Of a stretch of 64,000 nucleotides of DNA, positions 20,142 to 33,231 are shown piece by piece. Made by a program: the position numbers and the translations under genes. The stretch comes from Protoeuglena noctilucae (lineage: Eukaryota), in assembly GCA_958009085.1 (NCBI GenBank), contig OY253679.1, positions 930,001-994,000 on the forward strand, written 5' to 3'. The notes below the pieces were generated by a model. It did not search any database. It saw only the letters and a program-made list of their open reading frames with translations, and was not told the origin of the DNA. Each line of letters begins with the position of its first letter. Position 1 is the first letter of the stretch.

Positions 20142-22905
20142 ATGCTGGATGCGGTAGCCGCCATCCCTGGACTGTACGTCCAGGCATGGCCAGAAGGCGA
20201 GCGCCTCAGCGCGGCCGAGGCTGCTGTAAATTCCTTCCCACACAGGTTCTGCAGAGCCGGAGCTGCCCCGCGGACCCTTCGAGCTGATACCGCGCTCGCC
20301 CTGCCACGCAGTCGCTACTGGTATAAGCCGGCTGTGGTCGGGACCGCCTCCGCCTCCCCCGGAGCCGCCGGCGCCGTGGTGGATCATGCGCACCCTCACG
20401 GCCGCGTATTGCTACTTCTTCTGCGCCGAGCAGCAGAGCGCGGGGGCCAAGGCGGCTAAGGAGGCGTTCGTGACGGGCTTGGACGGTGCGCGCGGGCCGC
20501 GGGGGTCGCCTGCCGCGCCGCTCGCCCTCAACAACCTTTGTTCGATGTTCCGCGCCGGTTGCCGCGCGTCCGCGCCTCTTCTCGTCCTATCGACTTGCCG
20601 ATTTGCACAAAGCATTCCCGCACTTCGTTTCGCAGGCCAGACGTGGTGGGAGACGGCCGCCACGACCTTCCTGCTCCCCGTGCTTTTGAGTGTGCGCCTG
20701 CAGCTGCCTCGCGCGCGCCCCGTCGGCGGCCGCTCCCCCGCGCACACCCTCTCCCTCCTCGGCGATGCCTTTCTGGACTTTCTCGTCGTCGCTGCGCCCC
20801 TTGCGCTCGTCCTGATGGGATTCGCGCCCCCGTTCGGCATGCTGCTGCTGGCTGCCACCGCCTCCGCCGCGCTCCTCGCGTCCCGGCCCCTGCTCCCCGC
20901 ATCCCTCGCTCCCGCGCGCAAGTCGCTCGCCTCCGTGCTCCGCGCCCTGGGCCAGCCGCGCAAGGCCCCGGTCGCCACCGCCCGCGCCGCGCTTCTTGCG
21001 TTTGTGTCCCTCGCGATCCTCGGCGTGGACTTCCGGGCCTTCCCGCGGCGATTCGCGAAGACGGAATACACCGGCACGTCCCTCATGGACGTCGGCGTCG
21101 GGATGTTCGTCGTCGCGGCCGCGCTGTCCTCCCGACAGTTGCCGGCGCGCAAGAATGCGGTTGCGTCGCGCCTGCGCGCCGCCGCGGCCAAGTCCGCCCC
21201 GCTGCTCGCGCTGGGAGTGATGCGCGCCGTCGCCGTCAAGTTCCTCGCCTACCAGAGCCACGTGGGCGAGTACGGCGTGCACTGGAACTTCTTCCTCACC
21301 CAGGTGACCCGAGTCGCGGGTGCTTGCTTCCGAGCTACTGACATGGCTGTGTCTGTTGCAGTGCATGTGATGGGTACCCCTCACCGACACCCACACTGCT
21401 ACCCACACCCACACTGCTACCCACACTGCAACCCACACCTACACCCACACCCACCCACCACCCATCACCCGCAGGCCTGCGTCGTGGCTCTCACTTCCCT
21501 GGTCTCCCTTCCCCCTTCCGCCCTCCTGTCATTGGGAGCGACCGTGCTGGCCCTCCACCAGGCGGCCCTGACAGCGGGGGGCCTGACTCAGTTGGCATTC
21601 GCAGAGCACGTTGTCAGTGAGGGATGGGCCAGGCAGAACAAAGAGGGGATCGTGTCACTGCCGGGGTTCTGGGCGCTGCAGGTGAGGGGGTGGGGGGTGG
21701 AGAGGAAGTTGTGTATTGTTTGTTATGAGCGCTACAGGTGAGAGCGTGAGGGGTGGAGAGAGGGAGGTGTGGGTGTGGGCCTTGCAGGTGAGCCAGGGTC
21801 GCGATATGTTGGCCAACAGATGAGCACTCATTGCTGGGGAGTGTTTGCACATGATCAGCATCAGATGATGATCATCCATCACTCTATCCACTCCCCGCAG
21901 ATGATGAGCATCGGCCTCGGCCACAACCTCCTCTCAGCCATGGAGCGCACGGCCCTGACCGTCTCTTTGCATCGACTCGACTCCGCACGCATGGCTGACA
22001 AAGCGCTGATGCACGACAGCCATGCTGTCAACAACACCAACACTAACTCCAACATTAACACCAACGCTGACCCTGTGGACATCAAAGCCAGCGCAGATGC
22101 TGCGGACGTCATCGCAGATGCTGCCACTGCCACCGCCCATGCCACCGACGACGCACAACCCGCCCGCCCACCCGCGGACCCGCCCCTGCCCAGCGCCTCA
22201 GCATCTTTTGGGTCTAAGGAACTGTCAATGACTAATGCCCATAACGCCTCTCATATATCACCGCAACTGGCGTGGGCGGCGGCCCGTCTGGTGGCGCGCC
22301 TGGGCGGTGTGGCGGTCGTGCTGTGGCTGGGGGCGGCGGTGGCATCACATTACGTGGAATCGGTGTCTCGTCGCACGTGCAATGCGGCGTACGTGCTGTG
22401 GGTGTTGGCGCTCTCCGTCGGGCACCTGGGGGCGTACCTGTGAGTGGAGGGGAGTGGAGTGGCATGGAGTGCCTGTGTCGCGTGTTATGTGATCTCGCCA
22501 TGTCACTCACCCTCGCTGTCGCCCACCCCCACTGCCACCCCCACTGCCACCCTCACTGCCACCCTCACTGCCACCCTTACAACCACCCCCACTGCCACCC
22601 CCGCTGCTACCCCCGCTGCCACCCTCACCGCTACCCCCACTCACCCCACCCCCACCCCCACCCCCCGCAGCCTGGTCGACATTTTCCTCGGCCCCACCTC
22701 CCCCTGCAATCTCGTCGTCGCTCTCTCCGACAACCTACTCCCGGTATTTCTCATATCCAACTTACTCACCGGCGCAGTCAATCTAACTATTGACACGCTC
22801 ACTGTCGGCGACAGGGCGGCGCTGGGGATCGTGCTGCTGTATTTCCTCGCGGTATGGGGCTCCGGCGTCGCGTTTGCGTACCTGAGGGCGACCAAGATGC
22901 CTTGA
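20142..22905 (+). CDS. PIGW: GPI-anchor inositol acyltransferase PIG-W/GWT1; start uncertain (20142 or 20386)
   Basis: KEAFVTGLDG, LAILGVDFRAFPRRFAKTEYTGTSLMDVGVGMFV, YQSHVGEYGVHWNFFLT, QNKEGIVSLPGFWAL, VSRRTCNAAYVLW, NLLPVFLISNLLTGAVNLTIDTL. TGA at 22903-22905. Confidence 0.95.
22525..22640. repeat. Intronic 12-bp CCCCACTGCCAC minisatellite
   Basis: About 9 tandem units before the last PIG-W acceptor. Confidence 0.85.
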
Positions 22906-23462
22906 TTGGGGGTAGATGGGGTGGCGTGACGGGGGTAGATGCGTTGATTGTAGATGTCTAGGCTTCGGCCAACCAGAGCCGTTTTGAGGGCTTAGTCATC
23001 AGTCACTTATAGTCGCGTGCATGCCTGGTAGCTGTTCTCAATTGGAGCTTTAGTGAATCCACACCGCCTCCGGTGCCCCCACTCCCATTGAATGCTGTCT
23101 CACATCATGTGACCCTCATTCCAAGGCTTATCGTAACATAATCAAGCGTCTCTCATTCAAATGCGTCTCTATCGCTCCTGTGCCTGTGTCAGGGCAGGCA
23201 GTCCTCGCCCCACAGCGCGAAACGGGGGGGCGTGCGTTGTCGTCATTGCAACCGTCGACCCCCCAAACAGGCCTTGCACAAAGAAAGTGCAAAGATAGTG
23301 CCAAAAACAGAGCAATGCAAGCCGTGCGACGCGGGGCAGCTCCTAAGCCCAGCCCCCGAGCCCAGCCCCCGCTGTTTGGGTATGAAGGGCGTCAACCACA
23401 CTCCCGCTCGGCCATCCCCACCCACTCAGCCACCCCACCCCCCCCCCCCCCCCCCCGCTTAT

Positions 23463-26400
23463 TCAGTGGTGCGCGGAGTGCGCCGGGTGCGCGTGGACGT
23501 GCTGCCCGACCCCGAACCCCACGGCGGCCAGGTACTCATCAAACAGGTTGGCCTCGCGGCTGTGGTGGAGGCCGATGGGGGCGCGGAGGATGAAGTCGGG
23601 GACGTCGAAGGCCTCGACCAGGGGCTCGGCCACGGTCCTGGGGGGTAAGAGGGGTGGGTTGAGGTTAGCGAGTGAGGGATTGGTGAGGGAGAGGGGGTGG
23701 GGGTGGGGGTAAGAATAGAGTGAGAGCGGCAGTGAAGGAGGGAGTGAGGAAGTAGGAGAGCACTTTTCTCTCCCATTCACCACCACCCCATCTCTCACCT
23801 CAGCTCCGCACACCACCGCACCCACCCACACCCCTCCCCCATCTCCCTCTCACCTCAGCTCCCCGCACAGCGCCCGCACTTCCCTCTCCATGGCCTTGGC
23901 CCTGGGGGGCGCCACGAACTCCTCGTTGCGCAGCGTGGGGTCGGCGTGCAGGCGGTCGAGGGCGAAGAGCTCGGCCATCGAGGAGAGGACGCGCTTGGAC
24001 TGGGGTGGGGATGGGAGGGGGTGTGCGTGTTGGTTGTGATCGCGTGTGTTGTGTGACCGTGTGTGTTGGGGGAGTGAGGGGAACACATGCGCATGCTTTG
24101 ACAGGGATGGAGGGATGTGTCACTGCCCATCTCACCCCCCTCACCCCCCACCACAACACCCCACCCGACACTCCCACCCCACCCCACCCCATCACCTGCT
24201 TACCCCCACTACACCACTAACCCCCCCCTAAGACCCTCCACCCCCCCCCTCACCTCCGCGTCCTTCACCGTGTCGATCTTGGCCAAGAACGCCCCGAACA
24301 CGACCCTCTCCACGTGCGCGTTGGCCAGGTCCACCAAATGCGTCAGACACTCGTTCCACGCGTGCCACTCCCCGCCCTCCCGCGCGTGACCCGCCAGCCT
24401 GGCCGCCACGGACTGCAGCAGCCGGCCCGCGCGGTGGTCGAGGGCTTTGAGCAGCGAGGCGTGGTTGCGGACGCTGGCGCGGTCGGTCTCGTGCGTGGTG
24501 AGGGGGTTGTGGGGCATGACGCGGCCGGCGGCCTCGGCCAGGTAGTGGAAGGTGGCCTGGAGGGTGGAGCCGGCGAAGCGGTCCTGGTACTGCTTGAGCT
24601 GTGAGAAGGAGGGGGGGGGTGAGATGAGTGAGATTGTTATAGATGCAAGGGGGGTTGGGGGGTGGGGTTGGTGTGAGTGGTACTGCTTGAGCTGCGGTGG
24701 GTGGAGAGGGGGCGTTGATGGGAGTGGTACTGCTTGAGCTGCGAGGAGGGGGGAGGGGGGTTGATGAGGGTGGGGTGGGGTGCGATTGGCTGCTGTGGGG
24801 GGTTGATGTGAGTGGGAATGCTGTGGATGCGATGGGGGGAGGGGGTGGTGGGAGTGGCACTGCTTAACGTACGAGATGAGACGGGACGGGGTGGGTCACT
24901 CCACGTTGACGGTGTTGTGTCATTCACACTCATCCCCTCACCAGCAATGTGGAGACTTGCTGCAGCAGCACCGTGTTGTCCCCCTCAAAGGTCTGGAAGA
25001 TGTCGTGGTCGCTGCGCCAGGCGCCCAGGCGGTTGCAGGCGGCGAACCCGTGGCCGCCGCACGACTCGCGGCACGTGTTGATGGCAAGGGCTGGGGGATG
25101 AGAGGGGGAGTGGGTGAGGGCATCGGTGAGGTGTGGGCGGAGTGGGCGGGTGGGTAGCTAGCAGATGCGCTGGCTGCCCAGGTCACTGCTGACATCTGAA
25201 TGCTAATGATTACACATGTAACATCTCACCCGTGTACGACGTGACCCAGGCCTTGAGCCCGGCCGACAGCGCGTGCACGTCCGCCACCAGCTCCGGGTCG
25301 TTGGTGCGCTTCATCTCACTGAGATGAGAGAGAGAGAGGGAGAAAGTGAGGGATGAGGAAATGAAGGGATGGGTCAGTGAGGGATGGGAAGGGTCATCAC
25401 AGCGTTATCACTAATCCTGTGATAACACCACCCCACCACCACCACCACACCCCCACCCGCGTCTCACCAGAACATGTCCACCAGGTGGTCCCCTACTAAG
25501 CCAAACACCACTCCCTCACACCCGCACCCCAGCCAGCTCTCACCAGAACATGTCGACCAGGTGGTCCCGCGCGAACGTGACGGCGTAGGCGGTGGCGACG
25601 ATGGGCATCAGCCTGCGCTGGTGGGTCTGGTAGTCGAGGATCGCGACCTCCTGCTTGGCGCCCGGGGGGCCGAACTGACGGCGGAGTAAGGCGTAGCGGA
25701 CGGCGATCATGCTCGCGGACTTGAGGACGCCGAGGGACGAGGAGACCAGGCCCACGCGGCCGCCTGTGTTGGGGGGTGATGGGTAGGGGGGTTTGGTGGG
25801 GTGGGGGGGGGGGGGGGGGGGGGGTGGTGGTGGTGGTGGTGGGGCAGCATGGATGGGGCGGGGCGGCGATGGGTGGCGACGGTAGCAGGGATGCAAGCCG
25901 GGCAGCGACAGCAAAGGCAGCGCATCACGCATCGCAGGCGCACCCATGCCACCTCCCACCCCTCATTTCCCACCCCTCATCCCCCCCAACTCTCACCCGT
26001 GAGCGCCCCGAGCGTGGCCCCGAACCTCTTGGCGGGCGACATGGAGCTCTCGTACTCTCCCCTGGAGTTGACGGACCCGAACTTGTTGAGGAGGTACGAC
26101 CTGGGCACGCGCACGTTGGTGTAGCGGATGGCCCCGTTGTCGATGCCGTTCAGTCCGACCTTGTACCCGCAGTCGCGGATCTCGACGCCCGGCAGGAGGT
26201 GCCCGGCTTCGTCGCGGATCGGCACCACCAGTGCGTGCACGCCGTGGTCCACGAGCGACCCCTGGGCATCGGGGATCAGCAGCCGCGCGAACACGGTCGA
26301 CATGCGGCCGTCCTGCGCCGCGTTGCCGATCCACCACTTGATGGCCGACTCGTCGGGCGTGTTGACCACCCACTCATCCCGCGCTTTGTCCAGCACCGCC

Positions 26401-27720
26401 TCGGTACGCAACCCCTGCACGTTGCTCCCGTGGCCCAGCTCCGTCATCGCGAAGCACCCCGGCAGCCGCAGGGCGTCCGTGTCATCCAGCCACTTGCGGT
26501 GGTGCTCGGCCGTGCCCATGAACGCCACCGAGCCGCCCCACAGCGAGAACTGGACCCCGAACTTAATCGTGGTCGACAGGTCCACGGGGGCCAGCACCTC
26601 GGACATGTAGTAGTACTTGCGAGGGTCCTGCACAAGCATCGTCAGCGGGCGCACACCTGCGGGGGCGGGGGATGGGGTGGGTGGCTGTGCGGCACGGCGC
26701 GGCCCGACCGACCCACTCGGCGAGAAACTTTGGATAAGTACAGTGCAGTGTCATCAATCAGCAATCAGCAATCGGCAATTGTCACACAGTTAGCGTCCAT
26801 CGACATCAAGCCGATAAGCGATGCGCAGATAAGGCGGCTCACCCGAGCTGATGACGGCGGACAGGCACTGGCGGACAAGCTCCCGGTGCTCCTCCTTGGA
26901 CATCGCCTCCTCCTCCGCGGGAAGCAGGTCCGGGCGGCCGCGGAAGACGCCGTAGATCTTGTGCTTGAGATCGCGGAGGTCGGCGGGGGTCAGGATGTCT
27001 TCAAGCGCCTGGACGTTGGCCACCAGGCGCGGCTCGGCCGAGCACGCGCGCATGACCTGCGCGGGGGCCAGGCGGAGGCAGTTGGCGGGCAGCGGGAGGT
27101 TTGGGGTATCCCGCGGGGACTGAGAGAGACGGAAAAAAGCCCAAGCTCGCAACTGGAGGGAACGCCTACGGACACTTATTTCACGCTCGGTCCGTGTGGG
27201 CGACCCGCGCACCGCTGCGGCGCGCCGATCCGGTCGACACCACATCGAGGCCAAAGCTACGTCGCGAGGGGTGCAGCGGGTCGTCGGCAGCTCCCGGCTG
27301 CGCTGCTGACGCGGACGGGCCCGCCCTGCTGGGCCGGCGCCGCTGGGGGACGAGAGCCAGCACGACAACCGCACATCGAACCCTTTACGATAATTGAGCC
27401 GCGCTCAGGCCCCAGACCGCGAATACAGAGGCTGTAGAGCGCAATTCAGCCCGCTGACCCCGGGACCGTTTGGGCGGCCCAGCGGCCGCGAGTCCCCCGC
27501 CTCCCGGGCCCCAGAGCTCCCAGCGGTCAACTCAGGGATCCCAGGATCCAAATCTGCCACTTGCAGCGTCCCCGGAACGCCCCCGCGGGCCCTCTAGTCG
27601 GGACACCGCCGGGCGTCGGAAGCAATGCCCGCGCGCCGCGCCGCTCACCACCGCATCGTCCCCCGCGCCCTGTGGATCGATGTGACCCAGCACAGCGTGG
27701 ATGCGGCGCGAGGCCTGCAT
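23463..27720 (-). CDS. ACX: Peroxisomal acyl-CoA oxidase (ACX2-like) with N-terminal PTS2
   Basis: [123 protein letters not shown]. Exon 1 encodes [14 protein letters not shown] (RIx5HI). TGA at 23463-23465. Confidence 0.95.
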
Positions 27721-28018
27721 GGTCGGCTACGCTCGGGCGTGCAGTGGGCCGTGCGAGGACGAGGAGCGACCCAGAGATGGACTTTTAGATGAACTGCCTT
27801 TCGAATACACCACCGTCGCAAAAACATTCGGGGACGAGCGGGGAACCGCCAAGAAAAAATAGACAGGCTCACGGTCCGACGGGAGAGTCGGACCGGCACG
27901 GCGGGCCCGTCGACTTCTACCCACGCCAGCGACGCCGACCCACGTGCTCGCGAGCATCCCCTGCAGCGTCTCGCACCTCCGGTCGGCTCCGCGCGAGCCC
28001 CGAGCGTTTTGAAACGCC

Positions 28019-28948
28019 ATGGCCGCGCAGGGCTCGAGCATCATCGTCCATCCCAGCACCTGGGCGTGGTACCGGTTGCTGGTGGAGCGGTACGTCGGCC
28101 AGGTAGGGATGGGACGGCACGACGGCGTGGCGCGAGCATGCGCAACCTGCGCGCAGGTCACGGCGCCTTTGGCGCGCGCTCGCCTCGTCTCCCGGCCCTG
28201 CGAGATCAGGATGTGCAAATTACAGACGCTCTGTGCAGCTGATGCTCCAAATGGTCCCTCCGAATGGCTCTGCGCGGAGCGGGAGGGGTCAAGACCCGGG
28301 GATACGCAAGGTCTCCCCGTGCGCGCTCCGTGCGTGCAGTTAGCCCTCGAGCTGGCGATCTGGTCCTTGTCGGGGCCGTTCGCTTCTCTCCGGGCGGTCA
28401 AGGAGGCGGAGACTCGGGAGGTGTGGACGCCGCTGGGGGTGCTGCGGGAAGGGGGGCCGACCTTCGACAGCCTACCGAACGAGCTGGTCGCCAAGATAGC
28501 GCGCCGGCTAGATGGACAGAGCCTCGCCGTCCTGGCATGCCTCAGGTGAGATGCCGTTCGCTGCCTTTCTCATCATAAGGTGCGTAAGGTGCGTTACAAC
28601 GCATCGGCCCGCAGCCGGCCCTGCGAGTGCACCAGCCCCCGACTTGTTGTGTCAGTGTCCCGCTGCTCTCCCAAGCCCTTACCCCGTCCCGTCCCTCGCT
28701 ACCCCCGCAGCCGGCGCTGCCAGGAGGTCGCGAGCGACGAGAGCGTGTGGAAGGCCGTGACGGTCCGCGCCTTCCCGTGGGTCCCTGCGGACCTGGAGCC
28801 GGCGTCGTGGCGTGACGTCTACCGATTCCACCACGCGGCTTTCTCCCTCGTGCGCGGGCGGCGGTCGTCGGGCGGCCACGTCCCGGCACGCGGCATGGGG
28901 GACGTGTTCACTCTCGGCACGCAAGGGCACGTCGCGCTGGGCGGGTGA
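28019..28948 (+). CDS. Small F-box domain protein (start uncertain, 28019 or 28211)
   Basis: FDSLPNELVAKIARRLDGQSLAVLACL(S)RRCQEVASDESVWKAV..ASWRDVYR is an F-box consensus split by one intron. TGA at 28946-28948. Confidence 0.75.
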
Positions 28949-29063
28949 TTGCAGGGGCGGTGGGAGTTCGGTTCCTATTTGACGCAACAGGCGTTCAACT
29001 GCTGGCCTGTTGTCAGCAGCTAGTACTAGTCAATGTGAGAGCGATTGAAGCATTTGATGTTTG

Positions 29064-30262
29064 CTAATGCTCATGTCTGGGGCCGCCCCCGTTACTGCTA
29101 GTAAGCAGAGGGCTATCCGGGAACCAGCACTCGTCGCCCGCCATGGGCCCCGCGAACTGTCCCTGAAACCACGCCTCAAATGCGGGGTGCGTGAAGAGCG
29201 CCCCGTGCGTGGGCGGGCACACGAGCGATATGGTCTCGTCCGGCAGCCGCACCCGCACGGCGCATGCATGCAAGTACATCCGATCCCAGCCCAGCTGCGC
29301 AGTGCCGTCGCCGCACGGGGCATCACCCCAAAGCTCTCCGGCAGCCACATCCACATCCGCCCCGCGCCGCGCCTCCCACTCGCTGCGCGCATCGCGCACC
29401 GTGCCATACCTCGCGTCCCCCAGCACCGGGGCTTGCATACTGCGCATAGCCACGCGTATCTGGTGCGTCTTGCCCGTCTCAGGCCTGCACACGAACGCGC
29501 GCAGACCCAACGAGGGTAGCCCCCACGTCACGAACCGCGTCACTGCCGGGTTCTCTTTGCCCCTCGTCAGCATGTAGCTGCCCCTGCGGTAAGGGTCGGC
29601 CCAGCTTGGTCGAGAGACGTTCACAGCGTGCACGGAGGGCTGCTGCCATGCGCGGGCATGCACGCACCCCCGGCCCTTCTCCATGTCGCCCACGACCGTG
29701 CCCATCTTCTTGGCACTCCGGCGCACCGTCAGGCCGGTGTAGTACTTGGTCACTGCCCGGGTTCGGAAGGCGTGGGTGAGCGTCCCTGCCGCCTCCGCGC
29801 TCTTCGCAAAGAGCAGCAGGCCAGACGTGTCCCGGTCCAGCCGATGCACCCTGGGGAGGGACAGGAGCGCTGCAATTGTGAGACGCAGTCCAGCAGTGGT
29901 GCAGCTGTGGTAAGACGGTCCATCGCAAGCCACGGCGTATAATTGCGAGTGGATGGTGGCTTCGGGACATCCAATTCAGATTCAGCTTCGGTTGCAAAGC
30001 ACCCGTATATCCTGCAGCATTCTCCCTCCGCGGCCAATTGGTTTCGCAAAACCTGCATCACGCCGGGCCCCTGCCCCTCCGTCAGCCCATGGGCGAGTCC
30101 CGGGGGCTTGTCTACGACGAGGTAGTTGTCCGAAGAGTACACCACGCGGATGCGTGGCGGGGAAGCCCGCGCGACGCAGCGGCAGGGCCTCGGCCGCGCC
30201 CACGCAGAGGTGGGTCGGCGACCCGGCCGTTTTTCAGCGCCCGCCCATGCCTCCGCCAGCAT
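29064..30262 (-). CDS. RluA-family RNA pseudouridine synthase, probably organellar
   Basis: YLVVDKPPGL, IYG/VHRLDRDTSGLLLFAK, KYY..K..G.V.GDMEKGR.GSYML..NPAVTRF, PETGKTHQIRVAMRSMQAPVLGDARYG, DRMYLHA. First in-frame stop is TAG at 29064-29066; the next is TGA at 29013-29015. Confidence 0.92.
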
Positions 30263-30458
30263 CCTTGCTTGGCAAGGAAGAGGAACTAGGAGGCATCGGG
30301 TGGAAAAGGGCCGAATCCTGACACAACTGGCGGACGGGCACGACGCGGGCTGCAGAAATCACCCACATCTGGCCTCCCAGCTGCCTGTTCCGAAGCCTCT
30401 CTGCGATCGGATCGCCTTTGGCATCGCACATTGCTCATCTGTTGTGCCTGGGCCAGTG
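30263..30458. promoter_or_regulatory. Putative bidirectional promoter/5' UTRs, RluA-MEX1
   Basis: Divergent ATGs only about 200 bp apart; inferred from geometry only. Confidence 0.45.
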
Positions 30459-32625
30459 ATGTGGACCCGAGGGTGTCTCCGGGCCCCCGCTGGCCCGGTC
30501 CCGAGCCTGGCGCGCGGGCGATGGGACGGTCGCCGCATCGCTGGCGGTCTTTGCATTCGCCGGGCGCCACGGGGACCTGCCGTGGCGGCCTCGGGCGCTG
30601 AGCCTGTGGGCCCGCAGACTGGGGCCGTGCCCCTCGACGGCCGCGATGGCTCGGCGCCCCCAGCACAGACGCACGTGGACTCGAGCGTTCGCGGAAAGCC
30701 GCTGGCGAAGAAGTTCGACGGTTTCGTGTCCTCCTGGCCCCAGACAACAGGTGGGTGTGTGGATTCGCCCGGCTTCGGTTAGGGAGGGTCGGGCTGCGTC
30801 GCCGGGCCGTCTCTTGGACGCGCTCGATTCCTCTCGAACGAACCAAGTGGGTGTCGTGGGTGTCACGCGCCCGCTCGATTTTCGGGAGGGATGCGTTCTT
30901 CGGGCGCACCTTGGGGTCTCGAGTTTTCGTCCCCACGGGCATATCTGGCCACCGTACGCGTTTCGCTTCGCGTGATATGTCATCAGCAGTGCAGGCGGGT
31001 GCCTTCGAGGCCGCAGCGCGCGGAGGGCCCCGCGCATCGTCCTCAGGTGCTCCGCGTCTGCAGAGGCCCTTGTCGGCGCCGCGACGGCCGTGTTCACGCT
31101 GCTTGTCGCTCCGCAAGTGATCAAGAACGCCCACAACCTGGCTTCCGGGGGCGCGTCGTCGCTGAGCATCCTCACGTGGCAGGGATTCGCCACGTCCTGG
31201 ATGGGCAACATTATGCTGCTCCTCTACTTCACGAGGATGGGCGAGCCCGGCGCGCAGGCCGTTCAAGCGCTAGGTAACATCCGTGTCTGCACCCTGCCGC
31301 CGGCGCCGCGTCCAACGCTGCGTGCCGCGCCCACGCGCGTTTGGCGTTGCGCGCAGGTGTGGCCGGAAACGTCTTGGTGCTTGCCCAGATCTTCCAGGCC
31401 GGGTTTGTGCCGCCGGAAATCATGGCGACGGTCGTCGCAGTCAGCGTCGCCTGCGCCGCGGTCGTCCTGCGCCGCCGGGGCGCGGCCGGTGCGAGCACCG
31501 GCAATGGCGACGTCGCCCACCAAAAGGACAGCTACGCAGACGGGGAGGCGCTGGCGAAGGCAGGCGAGTGAAGGGCCATTCGCTACTCTCGGCGTTGGTG
31601 ATGCATCCTGACAGGCTCAGCTCTGCCGACCGCCTTACTGCTTGGACACCCGCCCCTGCACCGCCACCCGCACACCACCACCGCACACCACCACCCGCAC
31701 ATCGCCACCCGCACACCACCACCCGCACATCACCACCCGCACACCTCCCCCGCAGTGAGCCTGGCTGCCCTCGCGGTCATCCCCTGCGTCGTGGGCCAGT
31801 CCGTTGCTCCCCTCTTGCACGCCGGCGTGGCCGCCACCGTCGGCCGCGTCGCCGTGGCTGTCGGTGCCGTGATGGCTTCCGCGTTCGCCTGGACGCACGT
31901 GCTATCTCCCAACAAGGGCCTTGCTTCCGACGTCTTTGCGGCGTGCGGCGTCATAGCCACGGCCTTATTCATGCTGCAGCCCGTGGCACAGCTTGCCAAG
32001 ATCTTCATAACCCCAGAGTCCATTGCTGGGCTGTCCCTAGGCACGCTGGCTTTGGGTACCTTCGGCAACGCTCTGATGGTCCCACGGGCCGTCCACGTCA
32101 GTGACCGGGTGTGGATCGCGGGGACGGTGTGGGGGGTCACGATGGGATGGGCGCAACTGGCCAGCGTCGCGTGGGCGAGCCGGTGAGGGAGTGCGGGGGC
32201 AGGAGGTTGATGGGAGGTGTAGTGTGTGGGTGTGGGTGGCGCTGAAGGGGGCAATGGGGGTGGTTGATGGGTGAGGGAGTGAGTGAGTGAGGGTGTCATG
32301 TGAGCGGGGCAGTTGTCGTGGCACAGGGGCCGGTGATGGGGCAGTGGAGGTTGCAGCATGGCCTTGACAACTGGGTCGCTTACTTTCCCATATGCCCCAA
32401 CTCCCGTGCACTACTACTAGTTACAACTACTAATAATATCCATTACTAGTAACCACCCCTGTGCCTGTCACCCACCCCCGCAGTGCCGCGCCCATTCTGG
32501 CGCCCTGGGTCCTTCCCCTGGCCACTCTGTCCCTGGGTGCATTCGCCACGGCAGTCCAGGCCATCGAGACCCACTGGAGGCGCGCCGACCGGCGACGACA
32601 GGCAGCATCCGCGGCTGGCATTTGA
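30459..32625 (+). CDS. MEX1: Plastid maltose exporter MEX1/RCP1-like
   Basis: LVGAATAVFTLLVAPQVIKNAHNLASGGASSLSILTWQGFATSWMGNIMLLLYF..QAVQALGVAGNVLVLAQI and ATALFMLQPVAQL..PESIAGLSLGTLALGTFGNALMVPRAV..DRVWIAGTVWG..GWAQL. Transit-like N-terminus; TGA at 32623-32625. Confidence 0.88.
31663..31744. repeat. Intronic CCACCCGCACA(C/TC)-type minisatellite
   Basis: About 6 tandem imperfect 12-14 bp units directly before the acceptor at 31754-31755. Confidence 0.75.
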
Positions 32626-33231
32626 GACGGGGATATGCCACACTGGGGTTACGCTCACCCACGCCACTCAATCACATGTGGCTAGTGGGTGGTTGAGAAC
32701 GCAGACCAACGCAGGGTTAGCCTAAGGCTCACCCGCGCCACTCCATCCACCCACGCCACCCACCCCGCCAATGCCGCCAACGCCGCCCACTCGTCTGCGG
32801 CCTGGTTTCGAGCTCACAGATGTCTTTTGCTTTCCGGGGTGGCGGTGGTGTGGACGCCCTACCCCTCCCGCGTTTCCCAGTTCAAGGCCCGCTGACCCGG
32901 CCGCCCTTTGTGTCATCGCTCCCTTGTGTTTTTGCTTCTTTGCTCACTGTCCCGAGCAACCACTTTCAGCGGTCGCACCCTGTGTCGGGCCTAGTAGTTC
33001 CCTTCCCACGCACCTGTATGCACCCACAGTGCCTGCCTGACACAGGGCATGGCCCAACACGCCCCCACCAAGGCAGTCGCCCCTCTACCCAACACCCCCT
33101 CTACCACCCCCTCCATTCTAGCGCCCCGTGCGCCTCGTTTCCGCTGCGATTGGCCTTAGATATCTTGAAACCGACCTTCCCAGTCATGCCTCGCTTCAAA
33201 GTAGCGCCTCTCTTCACAGCAACACCTCGCT

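Noticed and set aside
24585..24870. Short direct repeats with spacers resembling a CRISPR array
   Set aside because: The context is a eukaryotic intron, the repeats are copies of a splice junction, spacing is irregular and there are no cas genes.
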